From the human T2T-CHM13v2.0 reference genome, Homo sapiens, in NCBI RefSeq assembly GCF_009914755.1, contig NC_060940.1: a DNA stretch of 64,000 nt, one strand, 5' to 3'. The stretch's first letter is position 1; each line of letters begins with the position of its first letter. A model generated the notes under the pieces. That model made no database searches. It was not told the DNA's origin and saw nothing but the letters and a program-made list of their open reading frames with translations. Below are positions 1 to 13,304 of the stretch, piece by piece. The position numbers and the translations under genes are program-made.

Positions 1-1214
1 TTCAATTCCATTCTCCGATGATTTCTTTTGAGCCCATTCAATGCTTCCACTCGATTACATATGATGATGACTCCATTCGATGAAACTCGATGATGATTCC
101 ATTCGCTTGCATTCGATGATGATTCTACTTGAGTCCGTTAGAAGATTCTATTCAATTACATTCCATGACGATTCCGTTCGAGTCCATTTGATGATTCCAT
201 TACACTCCATTCGACAATGATTCCATTCAATGTTATGCGATGATTCCATTCGATCTCATTCGATGATGATTCCATTCAACTCCATTCGATGTTTCCATTC
301 GAGTTCATTCTATTATTCCATTAGATTCCATTCGATGATGATTCCATTCGATTCCATTTGATGATTGCATTCTATTTCATTTGATTATGATTCCATTCGA
401 GTCCATTCGATGATTCCATTCGAGTCCATTTAATGAATCCATTGGTTTCAATTCTATGATGATTATATTGGATTCCATTCGTTGATGATTTCATTCGATT
501 CCATTCAATGATGATTCCATTCAATTCCATTCAATGATTCCATTCAATTCCATGCGATGATGATTCCATTTGATTTGATTCGACAGTGAGCCATTCAATT
601 CAATTCCATGATGATTCTATTTGATTCAATTGGTTGACATTTCCATTCGATTCCATTCGATGATGATTCCATTTGATTCCATTCAAAGATGATTCCATTC
701 TAGCCCATTCAATCATTCCATTCGATTCTATTCAATGATGATTCCATTCATGTCGATTTGGTGATTCCATTTGACTTCATTTGATGATGATTCCTTTCAA
801 GTTCATTAGATGATTCCATTCGATTCCATTTGATGATGATCCCATTCGAGTCCATTCAGTGATTCCACTCGTTTCCATTCCATGATGATTCCATTCCATT
901 CCATTCAATGATTCCATTCGATTCCGTTTGATGATGATTTCATTCGAGTCCATTTGATGATTCCATTTGATTCCATTCGATGATGATTCCATTCGAGTCC
1001 ATTGGATGATTCTATTCGAATCCATTTGATGATTTCTTTTGATTATAGTTGGTGATGATTCCATTGGAGTCCATTCAATGATTCCATTCTATTCCAAACG
1101 ATGGTGGTTCCATTAGAGCCCATTTAATGATTCCATTTGATTCCAGTCTCTGATGTTTACATTCGAGTCCATACGATGATTCCACTCAATTCCATTTGAT
1201 GATGATTCCATTCG
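1..1214 (+). repeat. Tail of a preceding shortened HSat2 macro-unit (paralog of 6240-7453)
   Basis: ORF 777 recurs at 7016 (offset 6,239); sequence follows 6240 onward until GATGATTCCATTCG at 1201-1214, then jumps to the equivalent of 13880. Confidence 0.85.
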
Positions 1215-2320
1215 GTTCCATTCAATGATTCCATTCGAGTCCATTTATGTATTATATTCGTGTCCACTTGATGACTCACTCCATTCAATTCCATTTAATG
1301 ATGATTCCATTTGATTCCATTTGATGATTCAGTTCGATTCCTTACAATGATTCCCTACGATTCCTTTCTATGATGATTCCATTCGATTCCATTCATTGAT
1401 GATTCCATTCGACTCCATTCAATGATGATTCCTTTCGATTCCATTTGACGATGTTTCCATTTGAGTCCATTCGATGATGATTCCATTGGTATCCATTCGA
1501 CGATGATTCCATATGAGTCAATTCGATGATGATTCCATACGAGTCCGTTGGATGATAATTCCATTTGATTTCATTCAATCCTTCTATTCGATTCCATTTG
1601 ATGATGATTCCATCTGAATCCATTCACCGATTCCATTCGATTTCATTCGATGCTTCTATTTGATTTCATTCGAAGATGATTCCTTTCAATTCCATTCATT
1701 AATTCCATTTGATTCCATTCGATGATGATTCCATCCGATTCCATTGGATGATGATTCCACTCGAGTCCATTCGATGATTCCGTTCTAATCCATTCTATGA
1801 TTCCATTCGAGTCCATTCGATGATTCCATTCGATTCCATTCAGTGATGATTCCATTTGATTCCATCTGATGATGATTTCATTTGATTCCATTCGATGATG
1901 ATTCCATTGGAGTCCATTGAATGATTCAATTCAATTCCATTCCATGTGGATTCCATTCGAATTCATTCGATTATTCCATTCAAATCCCTTCGTTGATTCC
2001 ATCTGATTCCACTTGACGATGATTCCATTCAAGTCCAATCGATGATTCCATTCGGTTCCATTCAATGATTCCATTCGAGTCCATTTATGTATTATATTCG
2101 TGTCCACTTGATGACTCACTCCATTCAATTCCATTTAATGATGATTCCATTTGATTCCATTTGATGATTCAGTTCGATTCCTTACAATGATTCCCTACGA
2201 TTCCTTTCTATGATGATTCCATTCGATTCCATTCATTGATGATTCCATTCGACTCCATTCGATGATGATTCCTTTCGATTCCATTTGACGATGTTTCCAT
2301 TTGAGTCCATTCGATGATGA
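1201..2320 (+). repeat. Partial 840-bp sub-array (about 1.3 copies)
   Basis: Landmark CCATTTATGTATTATATTCGTGTCCACTTG at 1241 and 2081 (offset 840). Confidence 0.9.
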
Positions 2321-5300
2321 TTCAATTCAGTTCTGTTCTATTATGAATCCATTCGATTTCATTCAATGCTTCTATTTGATTCCATTCGACGATGATTCCA
2401 TCTCTTTCCCTTCGATGTTTCCATTTGATTCCATTCAGTGATGATTCCATTTGATTCCATCTGATGATGATTTCACTTGATTCATTTCAATGATGATTCC
2501 ATTCAAGTCCATTCGATGATTCCATTGGAGTCCAAACGATCATTCCATTCGATTCCATTCAATGATGATTCCATTCATGTCCATTCAATGAATCCTTTCA
2601 ATTCCATTCGATGATGACTCCATTCGAGTACATTCGATGATTCCATTTGATTCCATTTGATGATGATTACATTCAATTCCATTCGAAGATGATTCCATTC
2701 AATTCCACTTGATGATGATTCCGTATGAATCCATTCGCTGATTATTCCATTCGATTCCATTCATTGACGATTCCATTCGATTCCATTCAATGATGATTCT
2801 CTTCTATTCCATTCGATGATTCCGGTCGATTCCATTCGATGATGATTCCATTAGATTCCATTCGATTGTTGCATTCGATTCCCTTCGATGATGATTCCTT
2901 TGAATTCCATTCGATTATGATTCCGTATGAATCCATTTGATGATTATTCCATTGGATTCCTTTCGATGATGATTCCATTCGATTCCATTTGATGATGTTT
3001 CTCATGTATTCCATTTGATAATTCCTTTCAATTCCCTTCGATGATGATTCTTTCGAGTCAATTCGATGATTCTATTCCATTCCCTTCGATGATGATTCCA
3101 TTTCACTCCATTCGATGATTCCATTCGATTCAATTTGGTGATGATTCAATTCGATGACATTCGATGACTCCATTCAATTTCATTTGATGATGATTACATT
3201 CGAGTCCATTTGATGATTGTATTCCTTTCCTTTTGATGATTATTCCATTCGTGTCTATTCAAAGATTCCATTCTATTCCATTCAATGATGATTCCAATTG
3301 ATTCCATTCAATGATTATGGCTATCGATTCCACTCGTTGATTCCATTTGATTCCATTCGATGATTATTCCGTTAGATTCCATTAGGAGATTCCATTCGAT
3401 TTTATTCAATGATTCCAATTGATTCCATTCAATGATGATTCCATTCGACTCCATTCAGTGATTCCATTTGAGTCCATTTGATGATTCCATTCGAGTCCAT
3501 TTGATGATTCCATTCTTTTCCATTTGATGATGATTCCATTAGGGTCCATTCAATGATTCCATTCGAGTCCATTCGTTAATGCCTTTCGAGTCCTTTTGAT
3601 CACTACATTCGAGTCCATTCAATGATTCTATTCGATTCCATTCCATGATGATTCCATTCGAGTTCATTCGATGATTGCATTCGAGTCCATTTGATGATTC
3701 CATATGATTCCATTCGACAATGATTCCATTCGTGTCCATTTGATGATTCCATTCATTTCCTATCGATGAAGATTCCATTCGAGTGTATTCGATGATTCCA
3801 TTCAAATCCATTCGATGATGATTCCATTCCAGTCCATTCGATCATTCCACTTGATTCCATTTGATGACTATTCCATTCAAATCCATTTGATGATTCCATT
3901 CGATTCCATTCGATGTTACCATTCGAGTATATACGATGATTCCACTCGATTCCATTTGATGATTATTCCATTGGAGTTGACTTAGTGAATCCTTTAGATT
4001 CTACTCGAAGATGATTCCATTCGAGTCCATTCGATGATACCATTCAATTCCATTCGTTGATGCTTCCATTCAAGTGCATTCGATGATATCATTCGATTCC
4101 ATTTGATGATAATTCCATTTGATTCCATGTGATGATTCTATTCCATTCCATTCAATGATAATTCCATTCAATTCAGTGATTCCTCTGGACTCCATTTGAT
4201 GATGATTCCATTCAATGATTCCATTCGATTCTATTCGAAAATGATTCCATTTGAATCCATTTGATGATGATTCCATTCGATTCCATTTGATGATTCCATT
4301 CGATTCCATTCGACGATGATTCCATTCGATTCCATTTGATGATTCCATTCTATTCTATTCGATGATGATTCCATTCGATTCCATTCGATGATGATTGGAT
4401 TCGATTCCATTTGATGATTTCATTTGATTCCATTCGATGATGATTTCGATCAACTCCATTCCATGATTCCATTCGATTCCATTTGATAATGATTACATCC
4501 GAGTCCATTCGATGATTCCATTTGAGCCCGTTCGATAATTCCATTTGAGTCCAATCAATGATTCCATTCATTTCCATTCAATGATTCCATTCGAGTCCAT
4601 TTGATCATTCCGGTAGGGTCCGTTCGATGTTGATTCCATTGGAGTGCATTCGATGATTCCATTCGAGTCCATTTTAGGATTTGATTCGAGTCCTTTCGAT
4701 GATTCCATTCGATTCCACTCGATGCGATGATGATTTCATTCGAGTCCATTCGACACTTCCAATCGATTCCATTTGATGTTTCCATTCGAGTCCAATTGAT
4801 GATTCCATTCAATTCCATTCGATGATGATTCCGTACGATTCCATTCTGTGATGATTCCATGTGATTGCATTCAATGATGATTCCTTTCGATTGCATTCGA
4901 TTATGATTCATTTCGTGTTCATTCTATGGTTCCACAGGTTTCACATCGTGTCCATTCCATTATTCCATTCTATTCCATTTGATGATGATTCCATTCGATT
5001 CCATTCATTGGTGATTCCACTCAATTCCATTCAATGATTCCATTCCATTTCTTTCAACAATGATTCCATTAGTTTCTAATCGATGATCCACTTGATTCCA
5101 TTTGACGGTGATTCCATTCTTGTCCATTCGATGATTCCATTTGATTCCATATGATGATGATTCCATTCGATTCCATACGATGATGATTCCATTCGAGTCC
5201 ATTCAATGGTGATTCCATTCAATTCCATTCGGTGATTCCTTTCGATTCCATTTGATGATGATGGCATTCGATTCCTTTCAATCATTCCCTTTGATTCCAC

Positions 5301-6430
5301 TCAAAGGTGATTTCATTCAAGTCCATTCGATAATTGCATTCGATTCCATTCTATGATGATTCCATTCGAGTCCATTTGATGATTCCATTCAATTCAAGTC
5401 AATGATGATTCCATTCGATTCCATTCGATGATTCCATTGGATTCCATTCGATGATGATTCCATTCAAATCCATTCGATAATTCAATTCACGTCCATTCGA
5501 TGATGATTCCAATCGAATCCATTCAAAGATTCCATTCAATTCCATTCGATGATTCCCTTAGATTCCATTCGATGATTCCACTTGATTCCATTTACGATGA
5601 TTCCATTCGATTCCATGTGATGATTCCATTCAATTCTATTCAATGATGTTTCCATTTGATTCCATTCGACCATGATTGCCTTTGATTCCATTCAATGATT
5701 CCATTCGGTTCCGTTTGATGATGATTCCGTTCGATTCCATTTGATGATTCCATTTGATTCCATTGGATGAGTCCATTCGATTACATTCGATGATTATTCC
5801 ATTCGAGTGCATTAGATGATTCCATTCGAGTCCATTCGATGATTCCATTCGAGTCCATTCGATGATTCCATTCGATTCCATTCGATGTTGATTCTGTTCA
5901 AATCCATTCGATGATTCCACTCGATTCCATTCGATGACTCCATTTGATCCCATTCTATGATTTCCTTTGATTCCCTTTGATGATCATTCCATTTGATTCA
6001 ATTCGGTGATTTCATTTGATTCCATTCAGTGATGTTTCCATTCGACTCCATTCGATGATGATTCCATTCGACTACATTCGATTATGATTTCATTCAATTC
6101 CATTCGATAAAGATTCCCTTCGAGTCCAATCGATGATTCCATTCGATTCCATTCAACGATGATTTGATTCGTGTCCATTCGATGATTCCATTTGATTCCA
6201 CTTGATGAGGATTCCATTCGAGTCCATTTGATGATTCCATTCAATTCCATTCTCCGATGATTTCTTTTGAGCCCATTCAATGCTTCCACTCGATTACATA
6301 TGATGATGACTCCATTCGATGAAACTCGATGATGATTCCATTCGCTTGCATTCGATGATGATTCCACTTGAGTCCGTTAGAAGATTCTATTCAATTACAT
6401 TCCATGACGATTCCGTTCGAGTCCATTTGA

Positions 6431-9400
6431 TGATTCCATTACACTCCATTCGACAATGATTCCATTCAATGTTATTCGATGATTCCATTCGATCTCATTC
6501 GATGATGATTCCATTCAACTCCATTCGATGTTTCCATTCGAGTTCATTCTATTATTCCATTAGATTCCATTCGATGATGATTCCATTCGATTCCATTTGA
6601 TGATTGCATTCTATTTCATTTGATGATGATTCCATTCGAGTCCATTCGATGATTCCATTCGAGTCCATTTAATGAATCCATTGGTTTCAATTCTATGATG
6701 ATTATATTGGATTCCATTCGTTGATGATTTCATTCGATTCCATTCAATGATGATTCCATTCAATTCCATTCAATGATTCCATTCAATTCCATACGATGAT
6801 GATTCCATTTGATTTGATTCGACAGTGAGCCATTCGATTCAATTCCATGATGATTCTATTTGATTCACTTGGTTGACATTTCTATTCGGTTCCATTCGAT
6901 GATGATTCCATTTGATTCCATTCAAAGATGATTCCATTCTAGCCCATTCAATCATTCCATTCGATTCTATTCAATGATGATTCCATTCATGTCGATTTGG
7001 TGATTCCATTTGACTTCATTTGATGATGATTCCTTTCAAGTTCTTTAGATGATTCCATTCGATTCCATTTGATGATGATCCCATTCGAGTCCATTCAGTG
7101 ATTCCACTCGTTTCCATTCCATGATGATTCCATTCCATTCCATTCAATGATTCCATTCGATTCCGTTTGATGATGATTTCATTCGAGTCCATTTGATGAT
7201 TCCATTTGATTCCATTCGATGATGATTCCATTCGAGTCCATTCGATGATTCTATTCGAATCCATTTGATGATTTCTTTTGATTATATTTGGTGATGATTC
7301 CATTGGAGTCCATTCAATGATTCCATTCTATTCCAATCGATGATGATTCCATTAGAGTCCATTTAATGATTCCATTTGATTCCAGTCTCTGATGTTTACA
7401 TTCGAGTCCATACGATGATTCCACTCAATTCCATATGATGATGATTCCATTCGATTCCATTCGATGATTCCATTCTATTCTATTCAATGGTGATTCCATT
7501 CGAGTACATTAGATGATTCCATTCGATTCCATTCAATGATGATTCTACTTGTGTCCCTTAGATGATTCCACATGATTCCATTAGATGATGATACTATTTG
7601 AGCCCATCCAATGATTCCCTTCGATTCCATTCGATGAGGATTCCATTCGATTCAATTCATTGGTGATTCTATTCAATTCAATTCTTTGATTCAATTCCAT
7701 TCCATTCGACAATGATTCCATTCGATTTCTTTCGATGATTCCACTCAATTTCACTTGACATTGATTCCATTCGATTCCATTCAATGATTCCATTTGATTC
7801 CAGTGGATGATGATTGCCGTCGATTCCATTCGATCACTCCATTCTGTTCCATTTGATGATGATTACATTCGATTCCATTTGATGATTCCATCTGATTCTA
7901 TTCGAGGATTCCATTTGATTCCATTCGATGATGATTCCATTCGAGTCCATTCGATGGTTTCATTCGAGTACATCCAATGATTCCATTCGAGTCCATTTGA
8001 TGATTCCATTTCATTCCATTTGATTATGATTCTACTAGAGTCCATTCAATGACTCCATTCGAGTCCATTCAACATTTCCATCCGAGTCCATTCGATGATT
8101 CCATTCGATTCCATTTGATGATTCCATTCGAGTCCATTTAATCATTACAGTCGAGTCCATTTGGTGATTCCACTGGATTTCTTTTGATAATGATACCATT
8201 CAATTACATTTGATGATGATCCCATTCAATTTCATTTGATGATGATTCCATTAGAGTCCATTCCATGATTTCATTCGAGTCCCTTCATTGATTCCATCCG
8301 ATTTCATTTCATGATGACTCCATTCGAGTCCATTCGATGATTCCACTCGATTCCTTTAGATGATTCCATTGGAGTCCATTTGATTGTTCCATTCGATTCC
8401 ATTCGATTCCTTTCGAAGATTATTCCATTTGAGTCCATTCGATGATGATTCCATTCCATTCCATTCGATGATTCCGTTTGATTCCATTCGATGATTCCCT
8501 GCGATTCCTTTCTATGATGATTCCATTCCATTCCATTCAATGATTCCATTCGAATCTATTCCATGATGATTCCTTTCGATTCCATTCGCTGATGTTTCCG
8601 TTCAATTCCATTCGATGATGATTCCATTCGATTCCATTCATTGAGGATTCCATTGGATTCCATTCAATGATGATTCCATTCTATTCCATTCAATGATTGC
8701 ATTCAATTCCATTCAATGATTATGCCATTAGAGTAAATTCAACGATTCCATTCAATACCATTCGATGATGATTCCTTTTGAGTCCATTCAATGATTTCAT
8801 TCAAGTCCATTTGATGATTCCTTTCAATTCCATTCCATGATGATTCCATTCGAGTCCATTCGATGATTCCATTCGATTGCATTCGATGATTCCATTATAT
8901 TCCATTCAACGATGATTCCATTCGAGTCCATTCGATGATTCCATTAGAGTACATTTAATGATTGCTTTGTTTTCAATTCAAAGATGATTACATTGGATTC
9001 CATTCTATGATTCCATTCGATTGCATTCATTGATGATTCCACCCAATTCCATTCGATGATGATTCCATTCGATTTCAATGATTCTACTCGATTCCATTCA
9101 ATGATGATTCAATTCTATTCCGTTTGATGATTCCATTAGATTCCATTCTATGATGATTCCATTCGAGTCCATTCGAAGATTTCATTCGATTACATTCCAT
9201 GACGATTCCATTCGAGTCCATTCGATGATTCCATTTGAATCCATTCGACGATGATTCCATTTGATGCTATTCGATGATTCCATTGGATTCCATTCGATGA
9301 TGATTCCATTCGACTTGATTTGATGTTTCTATTTGAGTCCATTCGGTTATTTTATTAGACTACATTCGATGATGATTCCATTCGATGCCATTCAATGATT

Positions 9401-10348
9401 CCATTTGATTCCACTCAATGATGATTGCATTCGTGTCCATTCGATGATTCCATTTGGTTCCATTTGATGATGATTCCATTCGAGTCCATTCGATGATACC
9501 ATTCAATTCCATTCGATGATCATTCCATTCGAATCCATTTGATGATTCCACTCAATTCCATTTGATGACTCCTTTCATTCCCATTCGATGATTCCCTTCA
9601 GTTCCAATTTTATGATCTTTCCATTTGATTCAATATGGTGACTCCATTCTATTATATTCAATGATGATTCCATTCGACTCCATTAGATGATGACTCCATT
9701 CCATTCCATTCGATTGTGATTTCATTCGATTCCATTCGAAGATGATTCCATTCGAGTCCATTTGATGATTCCATTCGATTCCATTCAATGATGATTCCAC
9801 TCAAATCCATTGGATGATTCCATTCGTTTCCAATTGGTGATTTCATTAGATTCCATTCGAGGATGATTCTATTCGAGTCCATTCAATGATTCCATTGGAT
9901 TCCGTTTGATAATGATTCCATTAGAGTTCATTCGATGATTCCCTTCGAGTCCATTCGATTATTTCTTTTGATTCCATTTGATGATGATTCCATTCGATTC
10001 CATTCAATGATTCCATTCCATTCCATTCGATGATGATTCCATTCGATAATGATTACATTCGAGCCCATGTGATGATTCCATTAGATTCTATTCAATGATG
10101 ATTCCATTCGACCACATTCGATGATGGCATTCGAGTCCATTCGATGATTTCACTCGATTCCACTTGATGATGATTCCTTTTGAGTCCATTTGATGATTAC
10201 ATTCGAGTCCATGAGATGACTCCATTCGATTCCATTTCATGATGATGCAATTCGAGGCTATTCGATCATCCCATTTTAGTGCATTCGGTGATTCTCTTTT
10301 ATTACATTCGATGAGGGCTCCATTCGAGTCCATTCAATGATTCCATTA
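6431..10348 (-). promoter_or_regulatory. Cluster of DUX4-consensus-matching 11-mers (TAATGGAATCA on the minus strand), repeated in paralogous units
   Basis: TGATTCCATTA on + at 6431, 7344, 7573, 8243, 8887, 8936, 9128, 9913, 10073 and 10338; its reverse complement fits TAAYBBAATCA. Motif match only; binding at these sites is not shown. Confidence 0.45.
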
Positions 10349-13304
10349 GATTCCACTCGATGATGATTCCATTTGAGTCCATTCAAAGATTCCTTTCGAG
10401 TCCATTCGATAATTCTATTGGATTCCACTAGGTGATGATTCCTTTCGAGTCAATTCGATGATTCCTTTCAAGTGCCTTCAATGATTCCATTCGATTCCAT
10501 TCGATGACGATTCATTTCAAGTCCATTCAATGGTTCCATTCTGTTGAATTTGATGGTTCCATTGGATTCCATTCGATGATGATTCCATTCGTGTCCATTG
10601 GATGATTCCATTCGATTCCTTTCGAGGAAGATTCCATTCGACTCCATTCGATGATTCCGTTCGATTCCATTCCATGATGATTCCATTTGATTCCATTCCA
10701 TGATTCCATTCGATACCATTCGATGATGATTCCATTCGACTCCATTTGATGAATCCATTCAATGCTTCCATTCGAGTCCATTCGATGATTCCATTCGATT
10801 CCATTCCATGAAGATTCCATTCGAGTACATTTGATGATTCCATTTAATTCCATAGGATGATGATTCTATTAGGGTCCGTTGACTATTCCATTCAATTCCA
10901 TTCGAAGATTCCATTCGAGTCCACTCGATGATTCTATTTGATTCCATTTGATAATTCCATTCGATTCCATTTGATGTTGATTCCATTCGAGTCCATTCGA
11001 TCATTATTACATTTGATTCTATTCGATGATTCCATTCGATTCCATTTGATGAGGATTCCATTCGAGACCATTTGATGATTCCATTCAATTCCATTGGATG
11101 ATTCCAATATTTTCCATTAGATGATGATTCCATTCGATTCCATTCAATGATGATTCCATCAGAATCCATTCGATGATGACTCCTTTTGCTTCCATTCAAT
11201 GATCATTACATTCGGTTCCATTCGATGATGATTCCTTTGGATTCCATTCGATGATGCTTCCATTCGATTCCATTTGATGATGATTCTTTTCGATTCCATT
11301 TGATGATGATTCCATTTGATTCCATTCGATGGTGATTCCATTTGATGATTCCATTCGATTGTATTCGATGATGATTCCACTCGATTCTATTTGATGATGA
11401 CTGCATTCGATTCCATTTGATGATTCCATTTGATTCCATTCGATGATGATTCTGATCAATTGCATTCGATGATCCATTCGATTCCATTTGATGGTTCCAT
11501 TTGATTCCATTTGATAATGATTCCTTTCGAGTCCATTCGATGATTCCATTTGCGGATATTCGATAATTCCATTTGAGTCCAACCGATGATTCCATTCGAG
11601 GCCATTCAATCATTCTTTTTGAGTCCTTTCGATAAAGATTCCATTTTAGTCCATTCAATAATTCCACTGGAGTCCATTCGATGATTGCTTTTAATTCCAT
11701 TCGATGATATTCCATTCGAGTCCATTCGATGATTCCATTCGTTGCTATTAGATGATGATTCCATTCATGACCATTTGGTGATTCCATTCGATTTCATTCG
11801 TTGATGATTCCATTCGAGTCCATTCCATGATTCCATTCAAGTCCATTTGATGATTTCTTTGAATTCAATTCGATGATGATTCCATTCGAGTCCATTCGAT
11901 GATTCCATTCAGTTCCATTCGATGATGATTCCTTTCGAGACCATATGATGATTCCATTTGATTTCATTCGATGATGATTCCATTCGATTCCATTCGATGA
12001 TTCCATTCTATTCCATTCGATGATGATTCCATTCGAGTCCATTTAATGATTCCATTGGGTTCAATTCAATGATGATTACATTGGATTCTCTTCTATGATA
12101 CCATTCAATTCCGTTCATTGACAATTTGATTCCATTCGATGATGATTCCATTTGAGTTCATTCGATGATTCTATTCGATTCTCTTCGATGGTGATTCAAT
12201 TCTATTATATTGGATGATTCCATTCGATTCCATTTGATGTTGATTCAATTCGATTCTATTCGATGATGATTCCATTGGATTTCATTTGATGATTCTATTC
12301 GATTCCATTCAATGATGATTCACTTCTCGTCCATTGGATGATTCCATTTCATTCCATTCGATGATGATTCCATTCGATTCCATTCGATGATTCCATTTGA
12401 TTCCATTCGACGGTGAGCAATTCGATTCAATTCCATGATGATTCTATTTGATTCAGTTAGATGATGTTTCCATTCGAATCCATTCCATGATTATTCCATT
12501 GGAATCCATTCGGCGATGATTCCATATGAGTCAATTCAATGATGCTTCCATATGGGTCAGTTCGATGATAATTCCATTTGATTTCATTCGATGCTTCTAT
12601 TCAATTCCAGTCGATGATGATTCCGTTGGAGTCCATACGATGACTCCATTTGATTTCATTTGATGATGATTCCATTCGATTCCATTCGATGACTCCATTC
12701 TGTTCCATTCGATGATGATTCCATTCGAGTCCATTCGATGATTCCATTCGAGTCCATTTCATGATTCCATTGGGTTCAATTCGATGATGATTACACTGGA
12801 TTCCATTCTATGATTCCATTCAATTCCATTCGTTGATGATTCGATTCCATTCAATGATGATTCCATTTGAGTTCATTCGATGATTCTATTCGATTCCGTT
12901 CGATGGTGATTCAATTCTATTATATTGGATGATTCCATTCGATTCCATTTGATGATGATTCCATTCGATTCCATTCGATGATGATTCCATTTGTTTCCAT
13001 TTGATGTTGATTCTATTCGATTCTATTCAATGATGATTCCATTCGATTTCATTTGATGATTCTATTCGATTCCTTTCGATGATTCTATTCCATTCCATTC
13101 GATGATGATTCAATTCTCTTCCATTGGATGATTCCATTTTATTCCATTCGACGATGACTCCATTTGATTCCATTCAATGATGATTCCATTCGATTCCATT
13201 CGGTGATTCCATTTGATTCCATTCGACGGTGAGCAATTTGATTCAATTCCATAATGATTCTATTTGATTCAATTAGATGATGTTTCCATTCGAATCCATT
13301 CGGT

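Noticed and set aside
11206-11787. 193-aa ORF conserved in three copies
   Set aside because: The identity reflects recent DNA duplication; the non-ORF flanks are equally identical.
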